Origin: Escherichia coli
GTDB taxonomy: Bacteria > Pseudomonadota > Gammaproteobacteria > Enterobacterales > Enterobacteriaceae
NCBI RefSeq assembly: GCF_009931435.1
Contig: NZ_CP043414.1
Reading direction: 5' to 3' (one strand)
DNA: 64,000 nucleotides
A program made the translations under genes and the position numbers. Shown here piece by piece: positions 20,275-30,919 of the stretch. Each line of letters starts with the position of its first letter. Position 1 is the stretch's first letter. Under the pieces are notes generated by a model, which saw only the letters and a list, made by a program, of their open reading frames with translations, was not told where the DNA came from and searched no databases.

Positions 20275-21143
20275 GGTTCGTCGTCTTCTTCTTGTTCAGC
20301 TGCTTGTTTTAGTTTGCGGTATTCCCCGAGAGTGACAGTAATTTCCGCGCCAAGCAAGACGATACACCATGTCCAGTAGACCCAGACAAAGAGAATGGGG
20401 ATCACCGCCAGCACGCCGTAAATGAGCTGGTATGACGGGAACATGGTGATATAAAGCGCGAAACCTTTCTTTCCTGCTTCGAACAGGAGTGCGGCGACAA
20501 ACGCACCGACAATCGCGTCGCGGTTAGGTACGCGAATGGTAGGAACAATGCTGTAGAGCAACCAAAAGGAGATCCACGACAACAACAGCGGAAAAATACG
20601 CAGCACATTGTCAATGACAGTATTGAGATCGCTTGCCCAACGCAGAGAGAGCAGATAGGAGCTGATCGCCAGACTGGCCCCTGCCAGCAGCGGCCCCAGC
20701 GTTAAAATCATCCAGTACACGGCAAACGAGTAAATTTTTGGTCGCGCTCGTTTACTGCGCCAGATGGTATTCAATGCGCTATCGATGGAGTACATCAGCA
20801 ATAATGCTGTGACGATCAGCCCGCACGCCCCGACGGCGGTCATTTTGTTGGAATTGGCGACAAACTGTTCGATATATCGCTGGATAACATCGCCAGTAGC
20901 AGGCAGAAAGTTGGCAAAAATAAAGTGACGCAACTGAATGCTGACGTCCGAAAACATGGGAAACGCGGCGAAAAGCGCAAAAACAACGGCAACCAGCGGC
21001 ACTAATGAGAGCAACGACACATAGGCAAGATTACCTGCCAGGGTTGTCATATTGTCCTCATCAATGCGTTGCCAGAGTAGTTTTAGCCAGGCCCATAGCG
21101 GACGGGTACGGTGCCTGGCTTTGTCCTGAATGTTTTTTAGCAT
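20271..21143 (-). CDS. yihY: Inner-membrane protein YihY (historically annotated as rbn / RNase BN)
   Basis: 290 aa polytopic membrane ORF between yihX and dtd. Confidence 0.9.
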
Positions 21144-21736
21144 AACACCTTCGCGAAATAGTCCGGGATGGTGGTTTTATCTTTCACCAGAATACTGGTA
21201 ATACCTAGCTGATTTGCTCCTTCTATATTATCGGCGTTGTCATCGAAAAAGACCGTATCGCTGGCTGAAAAACCTTCCGCCTGCAAAACATGCTGGTAAA
21301 TTCGTGCTTCAGGTTTGCGCATCCCCAGATCTTGCGACAGATAGATATGGTCAGCAGCATCACGAATTTCCGGGTATTCCTCCGGCCAGAAGGTGGTATG
21401 TAGGCGGTTAGTATTGGAAAGCACCACCACACGATGCCCCTGCTCACGCAGTTTATGCATGATGGCGATCACTTCCGGGCGCAGCGCGACAAACACCGCC
21501 TGCCAGCCGTGGGAAAACTGCTCATAGCTTAGCGGTAGAGCCATCTCATGACACAGCGCCTCTGCGAACGCTTCGTCGCTAATTTCCCCACGCTCATGCT
21601 GATGAAACGCCTCGCCCATGTGGAAACTCTTCTTAAGCGTAGCCAGGGGAACACGCGTTAAATCGCTCCAGGCTCCCAGCACACGGTTAAAGTCGATATC
21701 GACAATCACATTACCTAAATCAAAGATATAGAGCAT
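21137..21736 (-). CDS. yihX: alpha-D-glucose-1-phosphate phosphatase (HAD family)
   Basis: HAD motif [11 protein letters not shown] near the N-terminus; start taken at MLYIFDLG to give 199 aa (ORF track starts 7 codons earlier). Confidence 0.9.
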   Translation of the reverse strand: MLYIFDLGNVIVDIDFNRVLGAWSDLTRVPLATLKKSFHMGEAFHQHERGEISDEAFAEALCHEMALPLSYEQFSHGWQAVFVALRPEVIAIMHKLREQGHRVVVLSNTNRLHTTFWPEEYPEIRDAADHIYLSQDLGMRKPEARIYQHVLQAEGFSASDTVFFDDNADNIEGANQLGITSILVKDKTTIPDYFAKVLC

Positions 21737-21834
21737 TTTTGCCTCCTTTCGCGCCACAAGAAATTAACTGTAGCGGGAAAGGATGGGTTTGGCTATGTGG
21801 TCAGGTATGAAGCAAGGTCAACGGTCACAAAATT

Positions 21835-22620
21835 CTACGCGTCTTCCTGGGGAAGGATGATTTCAATTTGGCTGTCTTGTAAGCGTGATTTTAGCGCAGC
21901 GGGCGGCAGCTCGTCGGTAAAGAGCGCAGTGACCTGTGCCACGTTACCAATTTCAACCGCCGCCGAAGCATGATACTTAGTGTGATCGGCGACCAGCAGA
22001 ATATTTCTCGCGTGCGCCATCATCGTTTTCACCACGTTAGCTTCGTTTACATCAAACTCCATCAACGCGCCATCGCTCTCAATCGCCCCAACGCTTGTTA
22101 CCAGATAATCAGCCCGAAAATCGGCCACAAAGGAAGCCGCTGAAGGGCCAATGATCCCGCTATTATGAGAGCGCAACGTACCGCCGGGCACCATCACTTC
22201 AAAGCGCGGGTTGTGGTACAGAATATGCGCCACACGCAGGCTGTTCGTGATTATCCGCAAATGATTATGGTTAAGTAACGCCCGGGCGACATGTTCGACA
22301 GTCGTACCGATGGTGATAAATATTGTCGATCCATCAGGAATATAGTCTGCCACCGCTTCGGCAATCGCTTTTTTCTCTTCAGTTTGCGAAACCTCACGCT
22401 GTTCGAACGCCGTATTAACGACGCTGGAGGCCCGACCCGCGCCACCGTGATGGCGCGTGATCAGCCCTTGCTCGCTTAATTTACGAATATCCCGGCGGAC
22501 CGTCTGCGTGGAAACATCCAGCAGATTTGCCAGCTCATCAATATTCATATACCCACGCTCGGCGATCAGCATGAGGAGTTGGTCGTGCCGCGGGTTACCG
22601 GTCAGTTCGGTAAGGCTCAT
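21835..22620 (-). CDS. csqR: DeoR-family repressor of the sulfoquinovose operon
   Basis: DeoR-type HTH (IDELANLLDVSTQTVRRDIRKL); start chosen at MSLTELTG, which has GAGG upstream (261 aa). Also known as yihW. Confidence 0.9.
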   Translation of the reverse strand: MSLTELTGNPRHDQLLMLIAERGYMNIDELANLLDVSTQTVRRDIRKLSEQGLITRHHGGAGRASSVVNTAFEQREVSQTEEKKAIAEAVADYIPDGSTIFITIGTTVEHVARALLNHNHLRIITNSLRVAHILYHNPRFEVMVPGGTLRSHNSGIIGPSAASFVADFRADYLVTSVGAIESDGALMEFDVNEANVVKTMMAHARNILLVADHTKYHASAAVEIGNVAQVTALFTDELPPAALKSRLQDSQIEIILPQEDA

Positions 22621-22653
22621 GAAAATTCCTCGAAAAACCATCACCCTGGCATT

Positions 22654-23550
22654 TTATACAAAAAGTGACAAAAAAGATCGGGTTTGATCACAGTCAGGGA
22701 TCCCGGCACGCCCACCGGGACGCGTGCATTTTAACGCCGCCACACCGCTGGCAAAGCGGACGGAATCCGCTAAATCTCCACCTGTTGCCAGCGCCACCGC
22801 CAATGCGCCGTGAAAAACATCGCCCGCACCGGTAGTATCTACCACATCAACTTTGAAAGCTGGCTGATGCTGTCGCCCGCCATTCTCCAGCCAGTCACAG
22901 CCTGCACTGCCCTGAGTAACATAGACATGTCCATTTGTGATCGTTTGTGCCTGTTTTAGGGCACTCGCCATCTCTTTCACGCCCGTTAGCCGCGCCAGAC
23001 CCGGTTCTGAAAAAGCGGCATGATCGCTTAACGCCACCAGCTCACTGATATCCTGCGGCGTAATATCACCGTCCAGCACGGTCATCACGCCCACCTGCCG
23101 GGCCAGGGTGAAGGCTTTTTTCGCGCCGTCGTGCCAGCGTACATCTGCCAGCACCACGTCCCACTGAGAGAAATCAATTTCCTCCAACCACTCTGCGTCA
23201 GGCAGCAGGTCCGGGCTGGGATAGTTAATGATGATTCGCTCGCCTTTGGCATCCACCATGATGGCGGATTGCGAAGATTTCGCCTGGTTATACCGTTTGG
23301 TGTAACGGGTGTTAACGCCCCAGGATTCCAGCTCTGCCAGCAGGCTGTTGCCCGTGTCGTCGTCACCGACGCGACCAATAAAATCGACCTGCGCACCCAG
23401 TCTGGCCGCCGCAACTGCTGCTGTAGCCGCTGGCCCGCCGCCAACTTCCGTATAATTTTTTGCCACGTACTTACCGCTCTCCGTCGGCAACCCTTCCACG
23501 TAATAGATGCGATCCATCACGGTAATTCCTACACAAGCAACACGAATCAT
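22654..23550 (-). CDS. yihV: 6-deoxy-6-sulfofructose kinase (PfkB family)
   Basis: PfkB/ribokinase-like ORF (GAGDVFHGALAVALA motif); start taken at MIRVACVG (298 aa). Confidence 0.9.
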   Translation of the reverse strand: MIRVACVGITVMDRIYYVEGLPTESGKYVAKNYTEVGGGPAATAAVAAARLGAQVDFIGRVGDDDTGNSLLAELESWGVNTRYTKRYNQAKSSQSAIMVDAKGERIIINYPSPDLLPDAEWLEEIDFSQWDVVLADVRWHDGAKKAFTLARQVGVMTVLDGDITPQDISELVALSDHAAFSEPGLARLTGVKEMASALKQAQTITNGHVYVTQGSAGCDWLENGGRQHQPAFKVDVVDTTGAGDVFHGALAVALATGGDLADSVRFASGVAALKCTRPGGRAGIPDCDQTRSFLSLFV

Positions 23551-23556
23551 GGTCAT

Positions 23557-23717
23557 TCCTTAAGCATTTTGGGATGCGTTCATTTTAATTTCACCAATTG
23601 TTTAAAAAGTGACGGCTGTCAATTTTTTGACGATAAATTACAAATACGATCAAAAACAGACAAGCAAGGCATGTCATAAATGACAAAAAGTGACATCACT
23701 GTATTCAGGAGAGGGTT
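23557..23717. promoter_or_regulatory. Divergent yihV / yihU promoter region with repeated AAAAAGTGAC motifs (candidate CsqR operators)
   Basis: AAAAAGTGAC at 23603-23612 and 23685-23694; palindrome TGTCATAAATGACA at 23669-23682; a third AAAAAGTGAC copy at 22660-22669 upstream of csqR. Confidence 0.5.
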
Positions 23718-24614
23718 ATGGCAGCAATCGCGTTTATCGGTTTAGGACAAATGGGTTCGCCAATGGCGAGCAATTTATTGCAGCAAGGGCATCAACTTTG
23801 CGTCTTCGATGTGAATGCCGAAGCCGTACAGCATCTGGTAGACAAAGGGGCGACTCCCGCTGCTAACCCAGCGCAGGCCGCTAAAGGTGCCGAATTTATC
23901 ATTACCATGTTGCCGAATGGCGATCTGGTGCGTCACGTGTTGTTCGGTGAAAACGGTGTCTGTGAGAGCTTATCTTCCGATGCGCTGGTCATTGATATGT
24001 CGACCATCCACCCGCTGCAAACCGATAAATTGATTGCTGATATGCAGGCCAGAGGCTTCAGCATGATGGATGTTCCGGTTGGCCGTACTTCCGCAAATGC
24101 CATTACCGGTACTCTGCTACTGCTGGCTGGCGGCACTGCTGAACAAGTTGAACGCGCCACGCCGATCCTGATGGCGATGGGCAGCGAGTTGATCAACGCG
24201 GGCGGTCCGGGCATGGGGATCCGCGTTAAGCTCATCAACAACTATATGAGTATCGCGCTCAATGCGCTTTCGGCAGAAGCTGCCGTTTTGTGCGAAGCCC
24301 TCAATCTTCCCTTCGATGTTGCCGTCAAGGTAATGAGCGGTACTGCCGCCGGTAAAGGCCACTTCACCACTTCCTGGCCGAACAAAGTCCTCAGCGGAGA
24401 TCTTTCTCCCGCCTTCATGATCGATCTTGCCCATAAGGATCTTGGCATCGCCCTTGATGTCGCCAACCAGTTGCATGTGCCGATGCCACTGGGGGCCGCC
24501 TCACGGGAGGTTTATAGCCAGGCGCGCGCAGCGGGTCGCGGTCGCCAGGACTGGTCCGCCATTCTGGAGCAGGTCCGTGTCAGTGCCGGGATGACTGCCA
24601 AAGTAAAAATGTAA
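23718..24614 (+). CDS. yihU: 3-sulfolactaldehyde reductase (NAD-binding, 3-hydroxyisobutyrate dehydrogenase-like)
   Basis: 298 aa ORF with N-terminal Rossmann motif [14 protein letters not shown]. Confidence 0.95.
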   Translation: MAAIAFIGLGQMGSPMASNLLQQGHQLCVFDVNAEAVQHLVDKGATPAANPAQAAKGAEFIITMLPNGDLVRHVLFGENGVCESLSSDALVIDMSTIHPLQTDKLIADMQARGFSMMDVPVGRTSANAITGTLLLLAGGTAEQVERATPILMAMGSELINAGGPGMGIRVKLINNYMSIALNALSAEAAVLCEALNLPFDVAVKVMSGTAAGKGHFTTSWPNKVLSGDLSPAFMIDLAHKDLGIALDVANQLHVPMPLGAASREVYSQARAAGRGRQDWSAILEQVRVSAGMTAKVKM

Positions 24615-24637
24615 CGACTGGATAAAGGAATAAATGA

Positions 24638-25516
24638 ATGAATAAGTACACCATCAACGACATTACGCGCGCATCGGGCGGTTTTGCCATGCTGGCAGTC
24701 GATCAGCGCGAAGCCATGCGCATGATGTTTGCCGCGGCTGGCGCACCCGCTCCAGTAGCCGATAGCGTTTTAACTGATTTCAAAGTTAACGCCGCGAAGA
24801 CGCTTTCACCTTATGCATCGGCGATTCTGGTAGATCAACAATTCTGCTACCGCCAGGTGGTTGAGCAAAACGCGATTGCCAAAAGTTGCGCCATGATTGT
24901 CGCCGCCGATGAGTTCATCCCTGGCAACGGTATTCCGGTAGATAGCGTAGTCATTGACCGCAAAATCAACCCGCTACAAATCAAACAAGACGGTGGCAAA
25001 GCCCTGAAACTACTGGTGCTGTGGCGTAGTGATGAAGATGCGCAGCAACGCCTGGATATGGTGAAAGAGTTCAACGAACTGTGCCACTCACACGGTCTGG
25101 TAAGCATTATTGAGCCAGTCGTCCGCCCACCGCGTCGTGGCGATAAATTCGATCGCGAACAAGCGATCATCGATGCCGCCAAAGAGCTGGGCGACAGTGG
25201 CGCTGACCTCTACAAAGTTGAAATGCCGCTTTACGGAAAAGGTCCGCAACAAGAGCTTCTCAGTGCTTCACAACGTCTGAATGACCATATCAATATGCCG
25301 TGGGTGATCCTCTCTTCCGGCGTTGACGAAAAACTGTTCCCGCGTGCCGTGCGCGTGGCGATGACGGCGGGCGCATCGGGCTTCCTGGCCGGTCGGGCCG
25401 TCTGGGCATCGGTGGTCGGTTTACCAGACAACGAACTGATGCTGCGTGACGTTTGCGCACCGAAATTACAACAACTTGGCGATATCGTCGACGAAATGAT
25501 GGCTAAACGCCGTTAA
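24638..25516 (+). CDS. yihT: 6-deoxy-6-sulfofructose-1-phosphate aldolase
   Basis: 292 aa [31 protein letters not shown]... (class I aldolase-like) in conserved position. Confidence 0.95.
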   Translation: MNKYTINDITRASGGFAMLAVDQREAMRMMFAAAGAPAPVADSVLTDFKVNAAKTLSPYASAILVDQQFCYRQVVEQNAIAKSCAMIVAADEFIPGNGIPVDSVVIDRKINPLQIKQDGGKALKLLVLWRSDEDAQQRLDMVKEFNELCHSHGLVSIIEPVVRPPRRGDKFDREQAIIDAAKELGDSGADLYKVEMPLYGKGPQQELLSASQRLNDHINMPWVILSSGVDEKLFPRAVRVAMTAGASGFLAGRAVWASVVGLPDNELMLRDVCAPKLQQLGDIVDEMMAKRR

Positions 25517-25531
25517 GATGAGGATACAAAA

Positions 25532-26773
25532 ATGAAATGGTTTAACACCTTAAGTCACAACCGTTGGCTGGAACAGGAAACCGATCGCATCTTTGATTTT
25601 GGTAAAAATTCCGTAGTACCGACTGGCTTTGGCTGGTTAGGCAATAAAGGGCAAATCAAAGAAGAGATGGGCACCCATCTGTGGATCACCGCCCGTATGT
25701 TGCACGTTTATTCCGTTGCTGCGGCGATGGGTCGACCTGGCGCTTACTCGTTGGTTGATCATGGTATCAAAGCCATGAACGGCGCACTGCGCGATAAAAA
25801 ATATGGCGGCTGGTATGCCTGTGTCAATGACGAGGGCGTGGTGGATGCCTCCAAACAGGGCTATCAACATTTCTTTGCCCTGCTGGGTGCCGCCAGTGCT
25901 GTCACAACGGGTCACCCGGAAGCGCGTAAGCTGCTCGATTACACCATTGAAATTATCGAGAAATACTTCTGGAGCGAAGAAGAGCAGATGTGCCTGGAAT
26001 CCTGGGACGAAGCCTTCAGCAAAACCGAAGAGTACCGCGGCGGCAATGCCAATATGCACGCGGTGGAAGCTTTCTTGATTGTTTATGACGTAACGCATGA
26101 CAAAAAATGGCTGGATCGCGCGATTCGCGTGGCTTCCGTCATTATCCACGACGTCGCCAGAAATAATCATTATCGCGTTAACGAGCACTTCGATACCCAG
26201 TGGAATCCGCTGCCGGATTACAACAAAGATAACCCGGCGCACCGCTTCCGCGCATTCGGAGGCACGCCGGGCCACTGGATCGAATGGGGCCGTTTAATGC
26301 TGCATATCCACGCTGCCCTGGAAGCCCGTTGCGAACAACCTCCAGCATGGCTGCTAGAAGATGCCAAAGGTCTGTTCAACGCTACCGTGCGCGATGCCTG
26401 GGCGCCCGATGGTGCCGACGGGATTGTTTATACCGTTGACTGGGAAGGCAAACCGGTGGTCCGCGAACGTGTGCGTTGGCCTATCGTCGAAGCGATGGGT
26501 ACGGCTTACGCGCTCTACACCGTTACCGGCGATCGCCAGTACGAAACCTGGTATCAGACATGGTGGGACTACTGCATTAAGTACCTGATGGACTATGAAA
26601 ATGGTTCCTGGTGGCAGGAGCTGGATGCGGACAATAAGGTCACCACCAAAGTCTGGGACGGTAAACAGGATATTTATCACCTGCTGCATTGCCTGGTGAT
26701 CCCGCGTATCCCGTTAGCGCCAGGCCTGGCTCCGGCAGTTGCGGCGGGTCTGCTGGACGTGAATGCCAAATAA
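25532..26773 (+). CDS. yihS: Sulfoquinovose isomerase
   Basis: 413 aa [30 protein letters not shown]... recognised as YihS. Confidence 0.95.
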   Translation: MKWFNTLSHNRWLEQETDRIFDFGKNSVVPTGFGWLGNKGQIKEEMGTHLWITARMLHVYSVAAAMGRPGAYSLVDHGIKAMNGALRDKKYGGWYACVNDEGVVDASKQGYQHFFALLGAASAVTTGHPEARKLLDYTIEIIEKYFWSEEEQMCLESWDEAFSKTEEYRGGNANMHAVEAFLIVYDVTHDKKWLDRAIRVASVIIHDVARNNHYRVNEHFDTQWNPLPDYNKDNPAHRFRAFGGTPGHWIEWGRLMLHIHAALEARCEQPPAWLLEDAKGLFNATVRDAWAPDGADGIVYTVDWEGKPVVRERVRWPIVEAMGTAYALYTVTGDRQYETWYQTWWDYCIKYLMDYENGSWWQELDADNKVTTKVWDGKQDIYHLLHCLVIPRIPLAPGLAPAVAAGLLDVNAK

Positions 26774-26788
26774 CTGACTGAAAACCCT

Positions 26789-26835
26789 AACCCTCTCCCC
26801 AAAGGGGAGAGGGGACCGCCCGGCGCAGTTTTTTG
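26789..26835 (+). terminator. GC-rich hairpin plus T-tract after yihS
   Basis: CCCCTCTCCCC-AAA-GGGGAGAGGGG (26789-26814) followed by TTTTTTGG (26829-26836). Confidence 0.4.
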
Positions 26836-26891
26836 GTTTGACATCAGCCTCATGGGAGGCTGTATGCCGTTTTTTAATTAAGGTGCCTCGT

Positions 26892-27794
26892 ATGCAAATC
26901 ACCAACATGCATTGCAGTGGACAAACCGTTTCACTTGCCGCGGGGGATTATCACGCGACTATCGTGACGGTTGGTGCTGGTCTGGCTGAATTAACTTTTC
27001 AGGGTTGTCATTTAGTCATCCCGCACAAACCCGAAGAGATGCCGCTGGCGCATCTGGGTAAAGTGCTTATTCCGTGGCCGAACCGGATCGCCAACGGCTG
27101 TTACCGCTATCAGGGACAGGAATATCAGTTACCCATTAATGAACATAGTTCAAAAGCCGCTATTCACGGGCTGCTTGCCTGGCGAGACTGGCAAATTAGC
27201 GAATTAACCGCCACCAGCGTTACCCTGACAGCTTTTCTACCGCCCAGTTACGGCTATCCGTTTATGCTGGCTTCGCAGGTTGTTTATTCGCTCAATGCTC
27301 GCACGGGCCTTTCCGTTGAGATCGCAAGCCAGAATATTGGTACTGTGACCGCACCTTATGGTGTGGGTATTCATCCTTATTTAACCTGCAACTTAACATC
27401 TGTTGATGACTATCTTTTCCAGCTTCCGGCAGAACAGGTTTATGCCGTCGATGAGCACGCAAATCCGACAACGCTTCACCACGTTGATGAGCTGAATTTA
27501 AATTTCACGCGGGCGACAAAAATAGCCGCGACAAAAATAGACCATACCTTTAAAACCGCTAATGATCTGTGGGAAATGACCATTACCCATCCACAGCAGG
27601 CACTTTCGGTGAGTCTTTGTTCCGATCAACCCTGGGTGCAGGTTTATAGCGGCGAAAAATCACAGCGTCAGGGACTGGCAGTTGAACCTATGAGTTGCCC
27701 GCCTAACGCCTTTAATTCAGGTATCGACTTATTATTACTGGAACCAGGAAAAACGCACCGCCTGTTTTTTAATATTCACGGGCAGCACAATTAA
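26892..27794 (+). CDS. yihR: Aldose-1-epimerase-like protein (putative sulfoquinovose mutarotase)
   Basis: ORF MQITNMHCSGQTVSLAAGDYHATIVTVGAGLAEL...; start uncertain (ATG at 26892 has AAGGTG upstream; ORF track starts at 26838). Confidence 0.85.
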   Translation: MQITNMHCSGQTVSLAAGDYHATIVTVGAGLAELTFQGCHLVIPHKPEEMPLAHLGKVLIPWPNRIANGCYRYQGQEYQLPINEHSSKAAIHGLLAWRDWQISELTATSVTLTAFLPPSYGYPFMLASQVVYSLNARTGLSVEIASQNIGTVTAPYGVGIHPYLTCNLTSVDDYLFQLPAEQVYAVDEHANPTTLHHVDELNLNFTRATKIAATKIDHTFKTANDLWEMTITHPQQALSVSLCSDQPWVQVYSGEKSQRQGLAVEPMSCPPNAFNSGIDLLLLEPGKTHRLFFNIHGQHN

Positions 27795-27854
27795 TTTTAT
27801 TAAGAAAAGAACGGGATCATTGTTTAGGGTTGTATTTACACAACAGGAAATATT

Positions 27855-28730
27855 ATGGACTTTTTTACGTTATTTTCGCCGGATGGGGCCATGGTGGAAA
27901 CAAGCGTGGTATGTATCGTTATCGCGTTAATGTTTCTTTATACCTTTGTGGGGATATGCGCGGGATTTGGCGGTGGTTTAACCACCATGCCGCTCGTCAC
28001 GTTAATGCTCCCCGTAAAAATGGCAACACCACTTTCGGTAATTGTCGGCACCGCAACCGCCTTGTACGCCACCTGGCTGTCACGTAAAGAAACGGATTGG
28101 CGATCGGCAATGGTACTGATTATTTTCTCGTTTCTGGGAATACCCGTCGGTTTATATGCGCTGTCGTATTTACCCGACCATTTTATGAAAGTGGGCTTAG
28201 GCGGATTCCTTATCCTTTACTCGTTTTACAGCATGTTTATTCCTCGCCTGCCGATTTATGACCGTAACTGGATCGCCGCACCTATCGGCGCAGTAGCTGG
28301 TGCATTAGGCGCGGCGTTCTCAACCAACGGGCCGCCGATGGTTATCTACGGGATGCTGCGTAACTTAGGTCCGGCGGCATTTCGCGGCACACTGAACGCC
28401 TTCTTCACCGCAAACAACATCGCGGTGATCGGCGGGCTGGCGACCAGCGGAATTTTGACTGTTTCTATCTTTAAACTGGTGCTGTTTTGTATTCCCACCA
28501 TGATCCTCGGTTCACTGATTGGACAATATGTGCATAAACGCATTTCGGTCAAAGTGTTTCGTGTGATGGTCTTTTTATTGTTGATTGCCTCCGGTTCTAT
28601 GTTGATAAAAGGTGCGTTGGGAATTCCCGCCGCTGCCGCACTTCTGCCTCCGTTTACCTTGTTAGTTATACTGCAACTGGCATTTGGTAAAAAAGTGGCT
28701 GCAATCCGCCGAGCTGAAGAAAGTAAATAA
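27855..28730 (+). CDS. TauE/SafE-family (DUF81) membrane transporter, putative sulfite/sulfonate exporter
   Basis: 291 aa polytopic ORF with the family-typical Gly-rich TM motif (FVGICAGFGGGLTTMPLV) and internal duplication; sits between yihR and yihQ, where I recall K-12 having no gene. Confidence 0.75.
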   Translation: MDFFTLFSPDGAMVETSVVCIVIALMFLYTFVGICAGFGGGLTTMPLVTLMLPVKMATPLSVIVGTATALYATWLSRKETDWRSAMVLIIFSFLGIPVGLYALSYLPDHFMKVGLGGFLILYSFYSMFIPRLPIYDRNWIAAPIGAVAGALGAAFSTNGPPMVIYGMLRNLGPAAFRGTLNAFFTANNIAVIGGLATSGILTVSIFKLVLFCIPTMILGSLIGQYVHKRISVKVFRVMVFLLLIASGSMLIKGALGIPAAAALLPPFTLLVILQLAFGKKVAAIRRAEESK

Positions 28731-28837
28731 TCACTTGCGCGGGTTTTAATTTATACCCGCACACATTCTTTGATTAATGAAACCTGTAATAACAGGATGG
28801 CATGAAATATTAGTTTTATACTCTATGGAGATTATTT

Positions 28838-30874
28838 ATGGATACGCCACGCCCACAGTTATTAGATTTTCAATTTCATCAGAATAACGACAGTTTTACT
28901 CTACGTTTTCAAGACCGTCTTATTTTAATCCATAGCAAAGATAATCCTTGCTTATCGATTGGCTCAGGTATAGCGGATATCGATATGTTCCGCGGTAATT
29001 TCAGCATTAAAGATAAATTGCAGGAGAAGATTGCGCTCACCGACGCCATCGTCAGCCAGTCACCGGATGGCTGGTTAATCCATTTCAGCCGTGGTTCTGA
29101 CATTAGCGCCACGCTGCGTATCTCTGCCGACGATCAGGGCCGTTTATTGCTGGAACTACAAAACGACAACCATCACCACAACCGCATCTGGCTGCGTCTT
29201 GCCGCACAACCAGAGGACCATATCTACGGCTGCGGCGAACAATTCTCCTACTTTGATCTGCGCGGCAAACCGTTCCCGCTATGGACCAGTGAACAAGGCG
29301 TTGGTCGCAACAAACAAACCTATGTCACCTGGCAGGCCGACTGCAAAGAGAACGCGGGCGGCGACTATTACTGGACTTTCTTCCCGCAGCCTACTTTTGT
29401 CAGCACGCAGAAGTATTACTGCCATGTTGATAACAGTTGCTATATGAACTTCGACTTTAGTGCCCCGGAATACCATGAACTGGCGCTGTGGGAAGACAAA
29501 GCAACGCTGCGTTTTGAATGTACTGATACATACATCTCCCTGCTGGAAAAATTAACTGCCCTGCTGGGACGTCAGCCAGAACTGCCCGACTGGATTTATG
29601 ACGGGGTAACGCTCGGCATTCAGGGTGGGACGGAAGTGTGTCAGAAGAAACTGGACACCATGCGTAACGCGGGCGTGAAGGTCAACGGCATCTGGGCGCA
29701 GGACTGGTCCGGGATCCGTATGACCTCTTTTGGCAAACGTGTGATGTGGAACTGGAAGTGGAACAGTGAAAACTACCCACAGTTAGATTCCCGCATCAAG
29801 CAATGGAAAGAAGAAGGCGTGCAGTTCCTCGCCTACATCAACCCGTATGTTGCCAGCGATAAAGATCTCTGCGAAGAAGCGGCGCAACATGGCTATCTGG
29901 CAAAAGATGCCTCTGGCGGTGACTATCTGGTGGAATTTGGGGAGTTTTACGGCGGCGTTGTCGATTTGACCAATCCTGAAGCCTATTCCTGGTTTAAAGA
30001 GGTCATCAAGAAAAACATGATCGAATTGGGCTGCGGCGGCTGGATGGCAGATTTTGGCGAATATTTGCCGACCGATACGTATCTGCATAACGGCGTTAGC
30101 GCCGAAATTATGCATAACGCCTGGCCCGCACTGTGGGCGAAATGTAACTACGAAGCCCTTGAAGAAACGGGCAAGCTTGGCGAGATCCTTTTCTTTATGC
30201 GCGCCGGTTCTACCGGTAGCCAGAAATACTCCACCATGATGTGGGCGGGCGACCAGAACGTCGACTGGAGTCTGGACGATGGCCTGGCGTCGGTTGTTCC
30301 GGCGGCGCTCTCGCTGGCGATGACCGGGCATGGCCTGCATCACAGTGACATTGGCGGTTACACCACCCTGTTTGAGATGAAGCGCAGCAAAGAGCTGCTG
30401 CTGCGCTGGTGCGATTTCAGCGCCTTCACGTCGATGATGCGCACCCACGAAGGCAACCGTCCGGGCGACAACTGGCAGTTTGACGGCGACGCGGAAACTA
30501 TTGCCCATTTTGCCCGTATGACCACCGTCTTCACCACCCTGAAACCTTACCTGAAAGAGGCCGTCGCGCTGAATGCGAAGTCCGGCCTGCCGGTTATGCG
30601 CCCGCTGTTCCTGCATTACGAAGACGATGCGCAGACCTACACCCTGAAATATCAGTACCTGTTAGGCCGCGACATTCTGGTCGCTCCGGTGCATGAACAA
30701 GGCCGTAGCGACTGGACGCTCTATCTGCCGGAGGATAACTGGGTCCACGCCTGGACAGGTGAAGCGTTCCAGGGCGAGGAAGTTACCGTTAATGCGCCCA
30801 TCGGTAAACCGCCGGTCTTTTATCGCGCCGATAGCGAATGGGCGGTACTGTTCGCGTCGTTAAAAAGCATCTAA
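28838..30874 (+). CDS. yihQ: Sulfoquinovosidase (GH31 alpha-glucosidase family)
   Basis: 678 aa ORF MDTPRPQLLDFQFHQNNDSFTLRF...; GH31-like WAQDWSG region. Confidence 0.95.
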   Translation: MDTPRPQLLDFQFHQNNDSFTLRFQDRLILIHSKDNPCLSIGSGIADIDMFRGNFSIKDKLQEKIALTDAIVSQSPDGWLIHFSRGSDISATLRISADDQGRLLLELQNDNHHHNRIWLRLAAQPEDHIYGCGEQFSYFDLRGKPFPLWTSEQGVGRNKQTYVTWQADCKENAGGDYYWTFFPQPTFVSTQKYYCHVDNSCYMNFDFSAPEYHELALWEDKATLRFECTDTYISLLEKLTALLGRQPELPDWIYDGVTLGIQGGTEVCQKKLDTMRNAGVKVNGIWAQDWSGIRMTSFGKRVMWNWKWNSENYPQLDSRIKQWKEEGVQFLAYINPYVASDKDLCEEAAQHGYLAKDASGGDYLVEFGEFYGGVVDLTNPEAYSWFKEVIKKNMIELGCGGWMADFGEYLPTDTYLHNGVSAEIMHNAWPALWAKCNYEALEETGKLGEILFFMRAGSTGSQKYSTMMWAGDQNVDWSLDDGLASVVPAALSLAMTGHGLHHSDIGGYTTLFEMKRSKELLLRWCDFSAFTSMMRTHEGNRPGDNWQFDGDAETIAHFARMTTVFTTLKPYLKEAVALNAKSGLPVMRPLFLHYEDDAQTYTLKYQYLLGRDILVAPVHEQGRSDWTLYLPEDNWVHAWTGEAFQGEEVTVNAPIGKPPVFYRADSEWAVLFASLKSI

Positions 30875-30919
30875 TCACGTCCGCCCGTGGGGAAACTCAC
30901 GGGCAAAGGGAGAACAACG

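Noticed and set aside
29783-30616. 277 aa minus-strand ORF inside yihQ
   Set aside because: Antisense shadow ORF; Arg/Ala/Gly-rich translation typical of reverse frames of GC-rich genes.
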